41,816 bases of DNA, taken from positions 1-41,816 of the forward strand of contig CANTHA010000002.1 of NCBI GenBank assembly GCA_947653375.1. The letters run 5' to 3'. Shown in pieces: positions 1-8,673 of the stretch (the first letter of the stretch is position 1; every line of letters starts with the position of its first letter). A program made the translations under genes and the position numbers. Under the pieces are notes generated by a model. That model saw only the letters and a program-made list of their open reading frames with translations. It had not been told where the DNA came from and did not search any database. Source of the DNA: an uncultured Clostridium sp. (GTDB lineage: Bacteria > Bacillota > Clostridia > TANB77 > CAG-508).

Positions 1-7
1 ATTGCTA

Positions 8-67
8 TTACTGATTTTTCCCACAACAGTTTTTGTATTTCTTCCCACTTCCACAAGTAGTGGATAT
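8..67 (-). pseudogene. Orphan 3' remnant of a SEC-C-motif gene (ISTTCGSGKKYKNCCGKNQ*)
   Basis: The minus-strand frame reads CGSGKKYKNCCG, the SecA-type SEC-C metal-binding motif, followed by TAA TAG. An in-frame TGA lies immediately upstream and there is no start codon. Confidence 0.45.
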
Positions 68-324
68 TCAAATATTATAAGTATTTATAGTATTTTCTAT
101 ATTATCTGTTTTTGTTGATATTACTAGACAATGCACTTTTATATTTAAAATATTTATCATACATATAATATTTATTGTATTTTAATTTCGCTGTCAAAAT
201 GATGTCATTGACATCCATCCTACTAAATATAATAATTTATTAAACATTTTTATAAGACATATTCTTATTTGCAAGACTATTATAATATAAAAAAAATAAA
301 ATTACAACGTTTACAATTAAATTT

Positions 325-359
325 TAAAAAATAGCTATTAAACTAATGTTAATAGCTAT
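325..359 (-). terminator. Rho-independent terminator after int
   Basis: Perfect 11-bp stem atagctattaa/ttaatagctat overlaps the int stop codon and is followed by a T-run on the minus strand. Confidence 0.6.
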
Positions 360-1620
360 AATTTGAAATTTTATTTATTATTTCTGAATGTGTTACACTT
401 TCAAATACATCATTTGCTTCTTTTCTTGATTCATTGGAACTAGATATATAATAATTTTCTGTTGTTTCTATATTTCTATGACCTAATAAGTCTGCAACAT
501 CTCGAATTTCAATGCCATTCTTCAATATCTTTGTAGCATAACTTCCTCGAAGATCATAGAATCTACATTTTTTTATTCCTAGCTCATAATGAATAATTTT
601 AAATGGGTATCTAGTTATATCTGTTCCAGAATATACACCATTTTCTCTTGTAAAAACTAGATTTAATGTATCTATTGTTAGTAAATTATTTTCATTTTCT
701 ACAATACGATGTTCTATAACTTTTCCATATTCATTTTTAACTTCTTCTAAATGATAATAATGATAATTTGAGCCATATAACTTTTTAAAAAATGATTGTT
801 TCTTTTTATAATTCTTTAATGCGTTTAATAATGTATTACTTATATGTATTACTCTATCTCCTGTTGATGTTTTGGTATTTCCTAAAAACCATTTTCCTTT
901 TTCATCTTTTTTCTTATCATAAACATTATGTTGAATATGTATAGTACCATTTTCTAAATCTATATTATTCCAAGTTAATGCAAATACTTCACCAGTTCTC
1001 ATTCCTGTATAGCAAGATGTTAAAAAGGCACAAGTAAAAGTATCATTATCTTTAAATCTAGTTAAAATTTTATCAATTTCTTCTTGACTATATATGTGTT
1101 TTGCATCTCTTTTTTCTTCTTCTATTTTAGGCAATCTTAATGTAATTGTAGGATTATATTTTATAAAACCATATACATCACAAGCCTCTCTAAATGATCC
1201 TTTTAATACTTTCAATATATTTGAGAAATATGTCCTAGAAAATGTATATTTGCAACATATATCTGTTATAAAAGAATGTAATTTCACACTTGTCAGAGCC
1301 GATAAACGATACATACCAATATTGGGTTTCAAGTATTTTTCTATTATAGTATTATATGATTGAATTGTATTATATCGCAGATTTACTTTACAATAATTTT
1401 GCATCCAATAATCTAAATAATCACTATATGAAATATTACTTTCTTTAAAATTTAGTCCTGTAGTTAAATATTCATTATATGCAATATTTCCCTCCTCTTG
1501 TGCCTCAACTTTTGTTCTAAATCCAGATTTACATATTTGTTTTCTTTTTCCATTTATAGGAGCAGCTTCAAAATAATATTGATATGTTTTTCCTCTTTTT
1601 CTTACATTTACTGTTCCCAT
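349..1620 (-). CDS. int: Tyrosine site-specific integrase
   Basis: N-terminal arm-binding-type region (VRKRGKTYQYYF). Catalytic region contains YTGMRTGE, YDLRGSYAT and LLGHRNIETTENYY. ATG start lies 2 nt after the xis stop. Confidence 0.9.
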   Translation of the reverse strand: MGTVNVRKRGKTYQYYFEAAPINGKRKQICKSGFRTKVEAQEEGNIAYNEYLTTGLNFKESNISYSDYLDYWMQNYCKVNLRYNTIQSYNTIIEKYLKPNIGMYRLSALTSVKLHSFITDICCKYTFSRTYFSNILKVLKGSFREACDVYGFIKYNPTITLRLPKIEEEKRDAKHIYSQEEIDKILTRFKDNDTFTCAFLTSCYTGMRTGEVFALTWNNIDLENGTIHIQHNVYDKKKDEKGKWFLGNTKTSTGDRVIHISNTLLNALKNYKKKQSFFKKLYGSNYHYYHLEEVKNEYGKVIEHRIVENENNLLTIDTLNLVFTRENGVYSGTDITRYPFKIIHYELGIKKCRFYDLRGSYATKILKNGIEIRDVADLLGHRNIETTENYYISSSNESRKEANDVFESVTHSEIINKISNYSY

Positions 1621-1622
1621 AG

Positions 1623-1895
1623 TTATCTAATCATCTCCAAATTCAATTTTTTGACATTGTTAATATCTGATAAGTCTTGTCCTTCATTATCAATTAAAAA
1701 ATTTTGTAATGATGTTTTTAAAATTTTAATACTTCCTAATTTTAATGCTGGTAAATATCCTTTTTCAATAAGTGTGTATATGTAGTTTGGACTTGAATGT
1801 AATAGAGATGCAACTTCTTGAACTGTATAAATCAATCTTTCGTTTTCAATGTTCTTATTCTTTTGTGGAAATACTTTTTCATTATTTTTTTCCAT
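1623..1895 (-). CDS. xis: Excisionase-family HTH DNA-binding protein
   Basis: YTVQEVASLLHSSPNYIYTLIEKGYLPALKLG matches the excisionase/MerR-like HTH pattern. It sits directly upstream of int. Confidence 0.75.
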   Translation of the reverse strand: MEKNNEKVFPQKNKNIENERLIYTVQEVASLLHSSPNYIYTLIEKGYLPALKLGSIKILKTSLQNFLIDNEGQDLSDINNVKKLNLEMIR

Positions 1896-1906
1896 TAGAA
1901 CATCTC

Positions 1907-2098
1907 CTACTCTTTATTTAATAGTCTATTTGCATATCCAACTACTCCTTCTTTTCCAAATGAAGTTTGTAATGGATCTAATTCTCTTTTAAACTTTTTC
2001 AAATCTATATTATTTTTATCTCCTGTTTTTAGTAAATTATTTAATCCAATTAAAGCATAAGCTCTAACTTGATCCCAATTATATAATTCTCTTGCCAT
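1907..2098 (-). CDS. Small hypothetical protein (63 aa) of the regulatory module
   Basis: ORF whose start overlaps the stop of the upstream gene at 2098, suggesting translational coupling. No recognisable motif. Confidence 0.5.
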   Translation of the reverse strand: MARELYNWDQVRAYALIGLNNLLKTGDKNNIDLKKFKRELDPLQTSFGKEGVVGYANRLLNKE

Positions 2099-2532
2099 TA
2101 TAATACCTCCACTTTTACATATTTAGGTACATCAAAACTGCGACCTAGTTCTTCTTTAAATTCAAATCTTTTTTTCTTTTCATTATAAGAATAAGCACTT
2201 TTATTCCAATTACGATATGCCATATTGGATAATCGTTTAGGTTGTGATAATTCCATACTTGCTTGATTGTGCATATTCTTCAAAATCAAATCATCTGCAT
2301 TATTCTTAAATTGTGTGATTTTTCTTTTTGCTTTTATATGATCCTTTGTTTCTTCAATATGTTTCTTTTGATTTTTAATTTTTCTTTCTTGTTTTATTTC
2401 AACATATCTTTTGTCTTTTTTTAATACTTGTGTTACTGCACTTTTTGAAATATCTAGTTTTTTTGCAATATCAACTGGTCTTAATTTTTCAATAAAGTAC
2501 ATACTTAAAATTACATCTTTTCGGTTTTTCAT
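2098..2532 (-). CDS. Sigma-70 region-4-like HTH regulator
   Basis: N-terminal LRPVDIAKKLDISKSAVTQVLKK HTH. It occupies the position upstream of xis-int seen in Tn916-type regulatory modules. Confidence 0.6.
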   Translation of the reverse strand: MKNRKDVILSMYFIEKLRPVDIAKKLDISKSAVTQVLKKDKRYVEIKQERKIKNQKKHIEETKDHIKAKRKITQFKNNADDLILKNMHNQASMELSQPKRLSNMAYRNWNKSAYSYNEKKKRFEFKEELGRSFDVPKYVKVEVL

Positions 2533-2563
2533 AAGTGCCTCACTTTCTTTACTTAACTTTTTG

Positions 2564-2692
2564 CTAACACTTTAATTGCTTGACAAAGCTAATAAGAAGT
2601 GAGCTTCTTATTTTAGATTTAGAACTATATAGATTAGGTATAAAGCCAATTCTATTTAGCTTTGAATGAGATTTGTTATTTATAATTTTCAT
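2564..2692 (-). CDS. Possible 42-codon leader/small ORF (MKIINNKSHSKLNRIGFIPNLYSSKSKIRSSLLISFVKQLKC)
   Basis: GGGAGG lies 10 nt upstream of the ATG. The ORF contains a perfect 9-bp hairpin (aataagaag tgag cttcttatt). It is below the ORF-track size cutoff. Confidence 0.25.
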   Translation of the reverse strand: MKIINNKSHSKLNRIGFIPNLYSSKSKIRSSLLISFVKQLKC

Positions 2693-2752
2693 ACTCTCAT
2701 TTCCTCCCTTCTATATATAAACCCACTTCTTATTAAAAACCGAAGCTACTTT

Positions 2753-3376
2753 TTATAATTTTTTTAAATTATTTCTAATTTGTTTTTTTGCTTTATTTAC
2801 ACTATCTCTTATTGCATCTGGTGTAGAGCCTTCTTCTATCGCTATTACAACAAGAGGAATATCTTGCATTTTATTTTTATAAAATCTGTCATTTTGTTTT
2901 TTAGAAAGAGTTTCTTGTAGAAATGTTTTTACTCGCTTTTCTTCGATTTTTCTTAACACTTCATTTTCGAGATTACATTTACTTGCAATATTGTCTATAT
3001 CTTCTTGTTTAAAAAAGCAATCTAAATGTCTTTCTCTTTCGTGCCTTCTCTTGTTTTTCTCATATTTCTGCGACTTATATAAGCAATAATATATTTCTTC
3101 ATCTACTGCTTGAATCACATAAGTTTCTGGATCTTTATGGAATCCAACAGCATAAGTAGCGAATACCTTAATCATTGAATCTTTAGAATTATTTAATTTT
3201 TGAATTAGGTCATTATATTCCTTTTTGCTTATCTTTACACAATTTTCAAATCTAGTTCCGATTGCATAGTGCATATAATATTTTGTATAGAAATCATATT
3301 TATTTGCTTGATCGTAATTTATTATTTTTTCTTTTGATTTTTCATATTTATCAATTTCTTTATATTTATTTTTCAT
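2753..3376 (-). CDS. Sigma-70 region-4-like protein (207 aa)
   Basis: C-terminal QDIPLVVIAIEEGSTPDAIRDSVNKAKKQIRNNLKK resembles sigma region 4. I moved the start to the ATG at 3376, which is preceded by GGAGG; the track ORF extends to 3412. Confidence 0.55.
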   Translation of the reverse strand: MKNKYKEIDKYEKSKEKIINYDQANKYDFYTKYYMHYAIGTRFENCVKISKKEYNDLIQKLNNSKDSMIKVFATYAVGFHKDPETYVIQAVDEEIYYCLYKSQKYEKNKRRHERERHLDCFFKQEDIDNIASKCNLENEVLRKIEEKRVKTFLQETLSKKQNDRFYKNKMQDIPLVVIAIEEGSTPDAIRDSVNKAKKQIRNNLKKL

Positions 3377-3680
3377 TTTAAACCTCCAACAATTAAATTT
3401 TTTAAAATTCAACTGTTTGGAGGTGGCGACTTGTTTCTAACAAATTCTACAGATAAAATAAAAAAGTTATTTATAGAAACACACAAAAGTCTTAAAGAAA
3501 TAAGAACAATATCATTTATTAAGTTATTTGTAATAAACAACTGCCCCATAATATACAACACTCCAAATCTTGCCTTTCAATTTCTTTGTCTGGAGTGTCT
3601 GTATAATTGATTTCATCTGATGTTAGGAGTTTTTAAACTCAATTTACGGACACTATAATCTGGATTTTGTATTTTGAACT

Positions 3681-3740
3681 AAAATGGGTAGATAAAAAGA
3701 AATATGTGTAGAAAAAAAGAAAAAAGGGTACAAAAAAAGA
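3681..3740. repeat. Three tandem, exactly phased 20-bp iteron-like repeats
   Basis: aaaatgggtagataaaaaga / aatatgtgtagaaaaaaaga / aaaaagggtacaaaaaaaga. The third copy recurs exactly at 11750-11769. Confidence 0.6.
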
Positions 3741-3784
3741 TGCAATTTGTACTAAAAACAAAATTGCATCTCTTTACAAATGAT

Positions 3785-3834
3785 TATAAAAAATCAAAGA
3801 CCTAAATTCTTTTTCAATTTTAGGTCTTTGATTT
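3785..3834 (-). terminator. Rho-independent terminator of the RHH gene
   Basis: Perfect 16-bp stem aaatcaaagacctaaa/tttaggtctttgattt followed by T6 on the minus strand. A second perfect 10-bp hairpin (gatgcaattt/aaattgcatc) lies at about 3740-3772. Confidence 0.7.
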
Positions 3835-4172
3835 TATTTATTATAATTATCTAAAAATTCTTTCATTGCAATATTCACTAATCTTGTTAATGAAATTCCT
3901 GTTTCTTTAGTTATCTTATTTAATGCTTCAACATTATCTTTTCGTATCATAATACTTCTGTATATAGTTATTTCTCCTTCTGGCTTGGCATAATACTTTA
4001 TATTTCCATTAGATATTAAATCTTCTATACAAACATTTATAACATCGCTAATTGTAGCGTCATATTCATTTTCTACTATTTGCTTTAGGTTTGTATATAA
4101 TTTATCTTCTAAATTTATACTTTTTTGAACAGTAGAATTATTCTTTTTATATAGTCTATCAATAGCACTCAT
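3834..4172 (-). CDS. Small protein with two ribbon-helix-helix-like units (112 aa), paralogue of 5172-5516
   Basis: Starts MSAIDRLY after GGAGGTG. Two units match the beta-strand-plus-two-helix RHH pattern (KSINLEDKLY..., YRSIMIRKDNVEALNKITKETGISLTRLVNIAMKEFL). The track ORF's 5' extension to 4385 is rejected. Confidence 0.6.
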   Translation of the reverse strand: MSAIDRLYKKNNSTVQKSINLEDKLYTNLKQIVENEYDATISDVINVCIEDLISNGNIKYYAKPEGEITIYRSIMIRKDNVEALNKITKETGISLTRLVNIAMKEFLDNYNK

Positions 4173-4255
4173 ATTACACCTCCTAGCTTTAAGTTCTAAC
4201 CTTTTCACGATTATTATACTTAAAAATTTTGTTGTATGTAACTCGATTGTTTCGT

Positions 4256-4267
4256 GTGTATATACAC
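4256..4267. promoter_or_regulatory. 12-bp perfect palindrome (gtgtatatacac) in a divergent promoter region
   Basis: Lies between the divergent starts at 4172 (-) and 4342 (+). Candidate operator. Confidence 0.35.
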
Positions 4268-4341
4268 GATAATAGGTTGTATATTGAATCTTTTTATTAT
4301 ATAATTGTTTTACTAATTTATGGAAGGAGGTAGAATCTATT

Positions 4342-4779
4342 ATGCAAATATCAGAAAAATGCGTAAAGTTATTGCACGATTGCAATATTCCTATGTTAAG
4401 GTCTAACTTTTTAATGGCTGATTTAGAAAAAATATTATATGGAGTAATAGATGAACAAAATAAAAAAGAACTTAAATATGATGATTACTGGCATAAGCCA
4501 TTAAGCAATGATATGTTAAATTTAGCAAATGAATGGAAAGATAAAACATTTTCAGAAGATTTATTTCTAATTTTAAATAACAACTTAAAACAAATAACAG
4601 AAAATGATACAACTAAATATTCTGCTCAAATGATATTTCCTTTTTTTGTTGAAAAAAAATTAACTGGATTTGCAATCTTCTTTAGGACTAATGGTGATTA
4701 TATTTCTAGTAGTGCTAAAGCACCAAAAACAATTAGAAATTTTATACAAAATGTTTTAAATGAAGAATCAGATTTTTAA
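4342..4779 (+). CDS. Hypothetical protein; possibly a SpoVT C-terminal (GAF-like) domain without an AbrB-type DNA-binding domain
   Basis: GGAAGGAGG RBS. C-terminal MIFPFFVEKKLTGFAIFFRTNGDYISSSAKAPKTIRNFIQNVL parallels the SpoVT tail (GPIVANGDPIGAVVIFSKD...AAGFLARQ) as recalled from memory. Confidence 0.4.
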   Translation: MQISEKCVKLLHDCNIPMLRSNFLMADLEKILYGVIDEQNKKELKYDDYWHKPLSNDMLNLANEWKDKTFSEDLFLILNNNLKQITENDTTKYSAQMIFPFFVEKKLTGFAIFFRTNGDYISSSAKAPKTIRNFIQNVLNEESDF

Positions 4780-4788
4780 GGAGGTTTT

Positions 4789-5091
4789 ATGAATAAGAAA
4801 AATAATATTTCATCAAAGATTGATAATGATTTATTTACTCAAATAGATCTGGACTTTATTGATGAAAAATTTGAGCAGAATCTTCCCCTATTACTTCAAT
4901 ATGGAAAGTATATAGAGATTGATAAAAAATTAGCAAAACTAAATTTGGAATTAGTATCTTCCTTGAATGAAAAACAAAGGGAACTTTTACGCAAATATCA
5001 AAATCTTTCGTTAGATGCTACATCCTATCAAAATTGTTTAGCATATTATATAGGTCTAAAAACTAAAAATGAGATAGAAAAATTAAAATAG
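4789..5091 (+). CDS. Hypothetical protein (100 aa)
   Basis: AGGAGG RBS, 9 nt after the previous stop. No recognisable motif. Confidence 0.6.
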   Translation: MNKKNNISSKIDNDLFTQIDLDFIDEKFEQNLPLLLQYGKYIEIDKKLAKLNLELVSSLNEKQRELLRKYQNLSLDATSYQNCLAYYIGLKTKNEIEKLK

Positions 5092-5173
5092 TTTATTACA
5101 TAAGTTATTACATAATAAACTATAAATACTTTTATAATATAAGGTAAGTTGATAAATGGCAAGTATTCAACTT
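5090..5173. terminator. Two hairpins between convergent genes
   Basis: agtttatta/taataaact (9 bp) and aagttga/tcaactt (7 bp) lie between the + cassette and the - strand RHH gene. Confidence 0.45.
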
Positions 5174-5516
5174 ATCTTTTATTATCATATTCTTCTAAAA
5201 ATTCCTTTATGGCACAATTTAATAATCTTGTTACTGTAATTCCAGTCTTTTTATACATTTTTTGCAAATTATTTAAGTTTTGTTTTCTTATCATTATACT
5301 TCTATATGTTACTGTTTCAAGTTTTGGCTTTTCGTAAAATGATGGAGCATTTGCCTCTATATATTCTTCGATACATACATTAACAATTTCACTAAAAGAA
5401 GCATCATAATTTTTATTGACAAATTTCATTAGTCTTTTATATAAACTATCATCAATATTAACAGTCTTTTTTATTGTTTTATTATCAATAGAATATAACC
5501 TATCTATTGCACTCAT
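5172..5516 (-). CDS. Double RHH-like small protein (114 aa), paralogue of 3834-4172
   Basis: Starts MSAIDRLY after GGGAGGTGT. By eye more than half of the residues are identical to the 3834-4172 product. Confidence 0.6.
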   Translation of the reverse strand: MSAIDRLYSIDNKTIKKTVNIDDSLYKRLMKFVNKNYDASFSEIVNVCIEEYIEANAPSFYEKPKLETVTYRSIMIRKQNLNNLQKMYKKTGITVTRLLNCAIKEFLEEYDNKR

Positions 5517-5674
5517 ATATACACCTCCCATTACTCATTTTACAACCATTTATATTATATAAAAAATAATAGGCAAATAATACTTGTTATCATTGCTCGT
5601 AAACGAATAATAATAGGTTAGATATATAAAAATAAGAGAGCCTAACACTCCCTTTAAATTCATAGATAGATATT

Positions 5675-6559
5675 CTATATAAATGATAATTGTTCTTCTT
5701 GTTTCATTTCTTTTTTATATGCTTTTACTATATCGTTCATTCTATAAAGTAATCCATATCTTTCACATTCTTCTTTAAATACTTTTCCTAAATTATTATT
5801 TAGTGGATAACAAAAATAATTATTTCCATAAGTTTTTATATACTTATCTTTTAATTTAGGAAATATCTTATCTAGTTGCTCATAAAAATATTCTCTTTGA
5901 TTTTCTCTTAATGTAACTCCTCCCATTGAGAATACAAATTTTGCTCCATTTTCATAAGATAATTTTATTACATTTCTAATATTTTCCTCCGAATCTGTTA
6001 TAAATGGAATAATTGGTGTTAGTAATGTTCCAATAAATAGTCCCTGTTTGGATAATTGTTTCATCGCTTTTAGCCTTTCAGAAGAAACACATACATTTGG
6101 CTCTATTTTTCTTGATAAATTATCATCTGCTGATGTAATTGTAAATTTAAGTATTACATCTGCTTTCCTGTTTATTTTCTTAAATATGTCTATATCTCTA
6201 ACTATCAAATTACTTTTTGTTTCTAGTGATACTCCAAAATTGTAATAGGAAATCAATTTTAATGCTTGTCTTGTTATTTCATATTGTTCTTCAAAAGGAT
6301 TGTATGTATCTGACATTGCTCCTATACCTATTACTCCTTTTTTTCTTTTTGATTTTAGTTCTTGACTTAATATTTCTATTTCATCTTTTTTGGCTCTTAC
6401 CCTATCAAAATCCTCTACTTGATAGCAATTACTTCTACTATCGCAATAAATACATTTATGACAGCAACCTTTATATAGATTCATATTATAATCAATTCCA
6501 AACCATTTTTCTCCGTGTGTTGCTCTTTGAAGTATTGTCTTTGCTTCTATAAATTCCAT
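5675..6559 (-). CDS. Radical SAM protein, SplB/DNA-photolyase-like family (COG1533-type)
   Basis: GCCHKCIYCDS cluster near the N-terminus. Size and layout are typical of SPL-family radical SAM proteins. Confidence 0.8.
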   Translation of the reverse strand: MEFIEAKTILQRATHGEKWFGIDYNMNLYKGCCHKCIYCDSRSNCYQVEDFDRVRAKKDEIEILSQELKSKRKKGVIGIGAMSDTYNPFEEQYEITRQALKLISYYNFGVSLETKSNLIVRDIDIFKKINRKADVILKFTITSADDNLSRKIEPNVCVSSERLKAMKQLSKQGLFIGTLLTPIIPFITDSEENIRNVIKLSYENGAKFVFSMGGVTLRENQREYFYEQLDKIFPKLKDKYIKTYGNNYFCYPLNNNLGKVFKEECERYGLLYRMNDIVKAYKKEMKQEEQLSFI

Positions 6560-6561
6560 AA

Positions 6562-7200
6562 CTATTTCCTTTTTCTTATTGGATGTCTTATAACTGTTTT
6601 TAATTTATTTACATCGCATCTTCTTGGATCACTTAAATAAATTTCGTGATGAAAACGAGTATCTGTAATATCTAGTTCATATCCATTTTCTATCATATAT
6701 TCGTGCATTAAACTAATAGTTTTAGGCTCATTATCATAAGAGCCTATGTGCATACATTGAATGCAGATCCCTTCATCATAAGTTAAAAATTCTACTTTTG
6801 AAAAATCTTGTTTCTTTTTCTTGGTAGCCTCATCAATAGCCCATTCAAAATCTTCTTTTGTTACAAAGTCTGGTAATCTAATAATTGAAATAAAGTTAAA
6901 TTTGTCTTTACTCTTATAATCTATACTACTTTTGTTTCCTTCTTGCCACCAGAATCCTTCAAGTGGTGGAACTACATATTCAAAATAGCCATTTATTTTA
7001 TATGTTCCTTTATAACTCATTTTTATAGTAAAAGCAATCGAATACAAAAGTCCTATTGAATCTTTATATTCACTATTTTCATCATTAGGATTTCCTTTTC
7101 CTCTAACTGCAATGTAATTCATTTTAGGAATTTCTACAATACTAGGTTTATTCTTTGGTATATAAAATTCCTTATATTCCTTTTTATAATCAAAAGCCAT
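6562..7200 (-). CDS. GyrI-like small-molecule-binding domain protein
   Basis: N-terminal DYKKEYKEFYIPKNKPSIVEIPKMNYIAVRGKGNPN pattern is typical of GyrI-like proteins. Confidence 0.75.
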   Translation of the reverse strand: MAFDYKKEYKEFYIPKNKPSIVEIPKMNYIAVRGKGNPNDENSEYKDSIGLLYSIAFTIKMSYKGTYKINGYFEYVVPPLEGFWWQEGNKSSIDYKSKDKFNFISIIRLPDFVTKEDFEWAIDEATKKKKQDFSKVEFLTYDEGICIQCMHIGSYDNEPKTISLMHEYMIENGYELDITDTRFHHEIYLSDPRRCDVNKLKTVIRHPIRKRK

Positions 7201-7219
7201 TTATCTTTATCCTTTCCCT

Positions 7220-7684
7220 TTAATCTTCTAATGCAATATAAATATGAATTTCTTGTTTTTGCATATCTTCGGAATTATTTTGATATTCTTCAAAATCACA
7301 AGTGTATTTTCTTTTTAAATCCATATTCCATATTTCTTGCCAAGCCTGCCCTACTGAATTCTGCACATCTCCTATTATTATGAATTTAGCATATTTTCCT
7401 TTTGGAATAATAATACTTTCTAATTCTTCGCCCCTTTGTACTTCCTTACTAACCTCTGCTCCTGCAATAAATGTATAAGGTTTTGTATAATCTCCCTCAT
7501 ATTTTGTATATAATCCTATTGTTTTATTATTTACCTTATTTTGTATCTTCTCATAAATCCCATCTGTAAATAATTTTTGCCAAGTTATTCCTATATCTTG
7601 CACAGCCTTTCCATCTTCATTAGTTGTATTTATTTTAATTCCTGCAACAACCTTTTCCTCTAATTCTACAATTTCATATTTCAT
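7220..7684 (-). CDS. GyrI-like / AraC-effector-binding domain protein
   Basis: MKYEIVELEEKVVAGIKINT... has the typical effector-binding-domain start and is 154 aa long. Confidence 0.75.
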   Translation of the reverse strand: MKYEIVELEEKVVAGIKINTTNEDGKAVQDIGITWQKLFTDGIYEKIQNKVNNKTIGLYTKYEGDYTKPYTFIAGAEVSKEVQRGEELESIIIPKGKYAKFIIIGDVQNSVGQAWQEIWNMDLKRKYTCDFEEYQNNSEDMQKQEIHIYIALED

Positions 7685-7725
7685 AATTTATACCTCCTAT
7701 AGATGAAGTATATAACACTTAACTT

Positions 7726-7743
7726 GACAACTGTATGTCATAT
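7726..7743. promoter_or_regulatory. Operator-like 18-mer gacaactgtatgtcatat upstream of the GyrI-like operon
   Basis: 16 of 18 positions are identical to the site at 8678-8695. Contains the inverted repeat tgaca/tgtca. Confidence 0.4.
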
Positions 7744-8657
7744 TATAAATAATTTTTTAAAGTTTTTTCTAATTTATCTTTTATAATATTTTTTGCTCTA
7801 TTTGGTGCTATAACTTTTATATGTTCTCCAAAAGATAAAATATAGCCATATACCCATTCATTCTCTGGATATTCTACTTTTACAATAAAGTTTCCATTTT
7901 CTTTTTTAGATATTTCGCTATTTTCAAATTCATCATATACTCTATAAGCCATCTCCTTACTTATTTCTAATTCAAGTAATATGTTCTTAAAATTATATTT
8001 TTCTTCTTTTTGCTCTTTTGGTAGTTCTTTTTCAAAATGTTCTTGTAATGTCTTAATTTCTTTTATTCTAGCAATTTTGAAGATTCTGTAATCTTCTTTA
8101 TTTCTACAATAACTTATTAAATACCATGATTTATCTTTAAACCATATTTGTAATGGCTCTACAATTCTTCTACTTTCTTCTCCATTAGAATTATAATAAG
8201 TAAATTTAATTAGTTTCTTGTTTAAAATTGCAGATTTAATAATCTCAAATCTATTTTCTTGTATATTATCTTTACTCCAGTTAGATAAATCTATTCTGAT
8301 CCAATCATTTATCTCTTTGTTAAATAATGTACTTAACTTCTCTAAAATATCTTTTTCATCTTGTCCTCTTACTTTTATCATCCCTTGCAAAGCAAACAAA
8401 ATTTGATTTTGTTCTTCTTCTGAAAGAATTGTTTTATTTAGTACATATTCATCTAAAAGCCCTATACCTCCATCTTTGCCCTTACTTGCATAAATTGGTA
8501 TGTTCGCACTACTCAATGCTTCTATATCTCTATATATAGTTCTAGTTGATACTTCAAATTTATCTGCTAGTTCTTTTGCTGTAACTTTTTTCTTTTGCAT
8601 TAGTATATACACTATTTCAAATAATCTATTATTTACTTGCATATTTTCCTCCTGCAA
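7743..8657 (-). CDS. YafY-family transcriptional regulator (HTH + WYL domain)
   Basis: N-terminal VTAKELADKFEVSTRTIYRDIEALSSANIPIYASKGKDGGIGL. Length and C-terminal region are consistent with a WYL domain. Confidence 0.85.
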   Translation of the reverse strand: MQEENMQVNNRLFEIVYILMQKKKVTAKELADKFEVSTRTIYRDIEALSSANIPIYASKGKDGGIGLLDEYVLNKTILSEEEQNQILFALQGMIKVRGQDEKDILEKLSTLFNKEINDWIRIDLSNWSKDNIQENRFEIIKSAILNKKLIKFTYYNSNGEESRRIVEPLQIWFKDKSWYLISYCRNKEDYRIFKIARIKEIKTLQEHFEKELPKEQKEEKYNFKNILLELEISKEMAYRVYDEFENSEISKKENGNFIVKVEYPENEWVYGYILSFGEHIKVIAPNRAKNIIKDKLEKTLKNYL

Positions 8658-8673
8658 GTATTATATCATATAA

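Noticed and set aside
190-216. Inverted repeat tgtcaa-N10-ttgaca near int as an att or arm site
   Set aside because: The 6-bp arms are short in AT-rich DNA and there is no second copy for comparison. I mention it only as part of the junction region.
3431-3610. 59-codon plus-strand ORF with GGAGGTG and a TTG start in the 420-nt regulatory gap
   Set aside because: It has a TTG start and a hydrophobic low-complexity product. It runs through an 8-bp inverted repeat (acactcca/tggagtgt). I cannot distinguish it from chance without conservation data, so I did not list it as a feature.
3834-4385. Long 5' extensions of track ORFs (3834-4385, 5172-5531, 11375-11731, 21153-21689, 28734-29162, 29781-31262, 32919-33374, 34008-34415, 34681-36096, 37847-38833, 2753-3412)
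   Set aside because: Internal ATG codons preceded by strong GGAGG-type sites fit better. Several extended starts are GTG or TTG, run through promoters or operators, or overlap the upstream gene.
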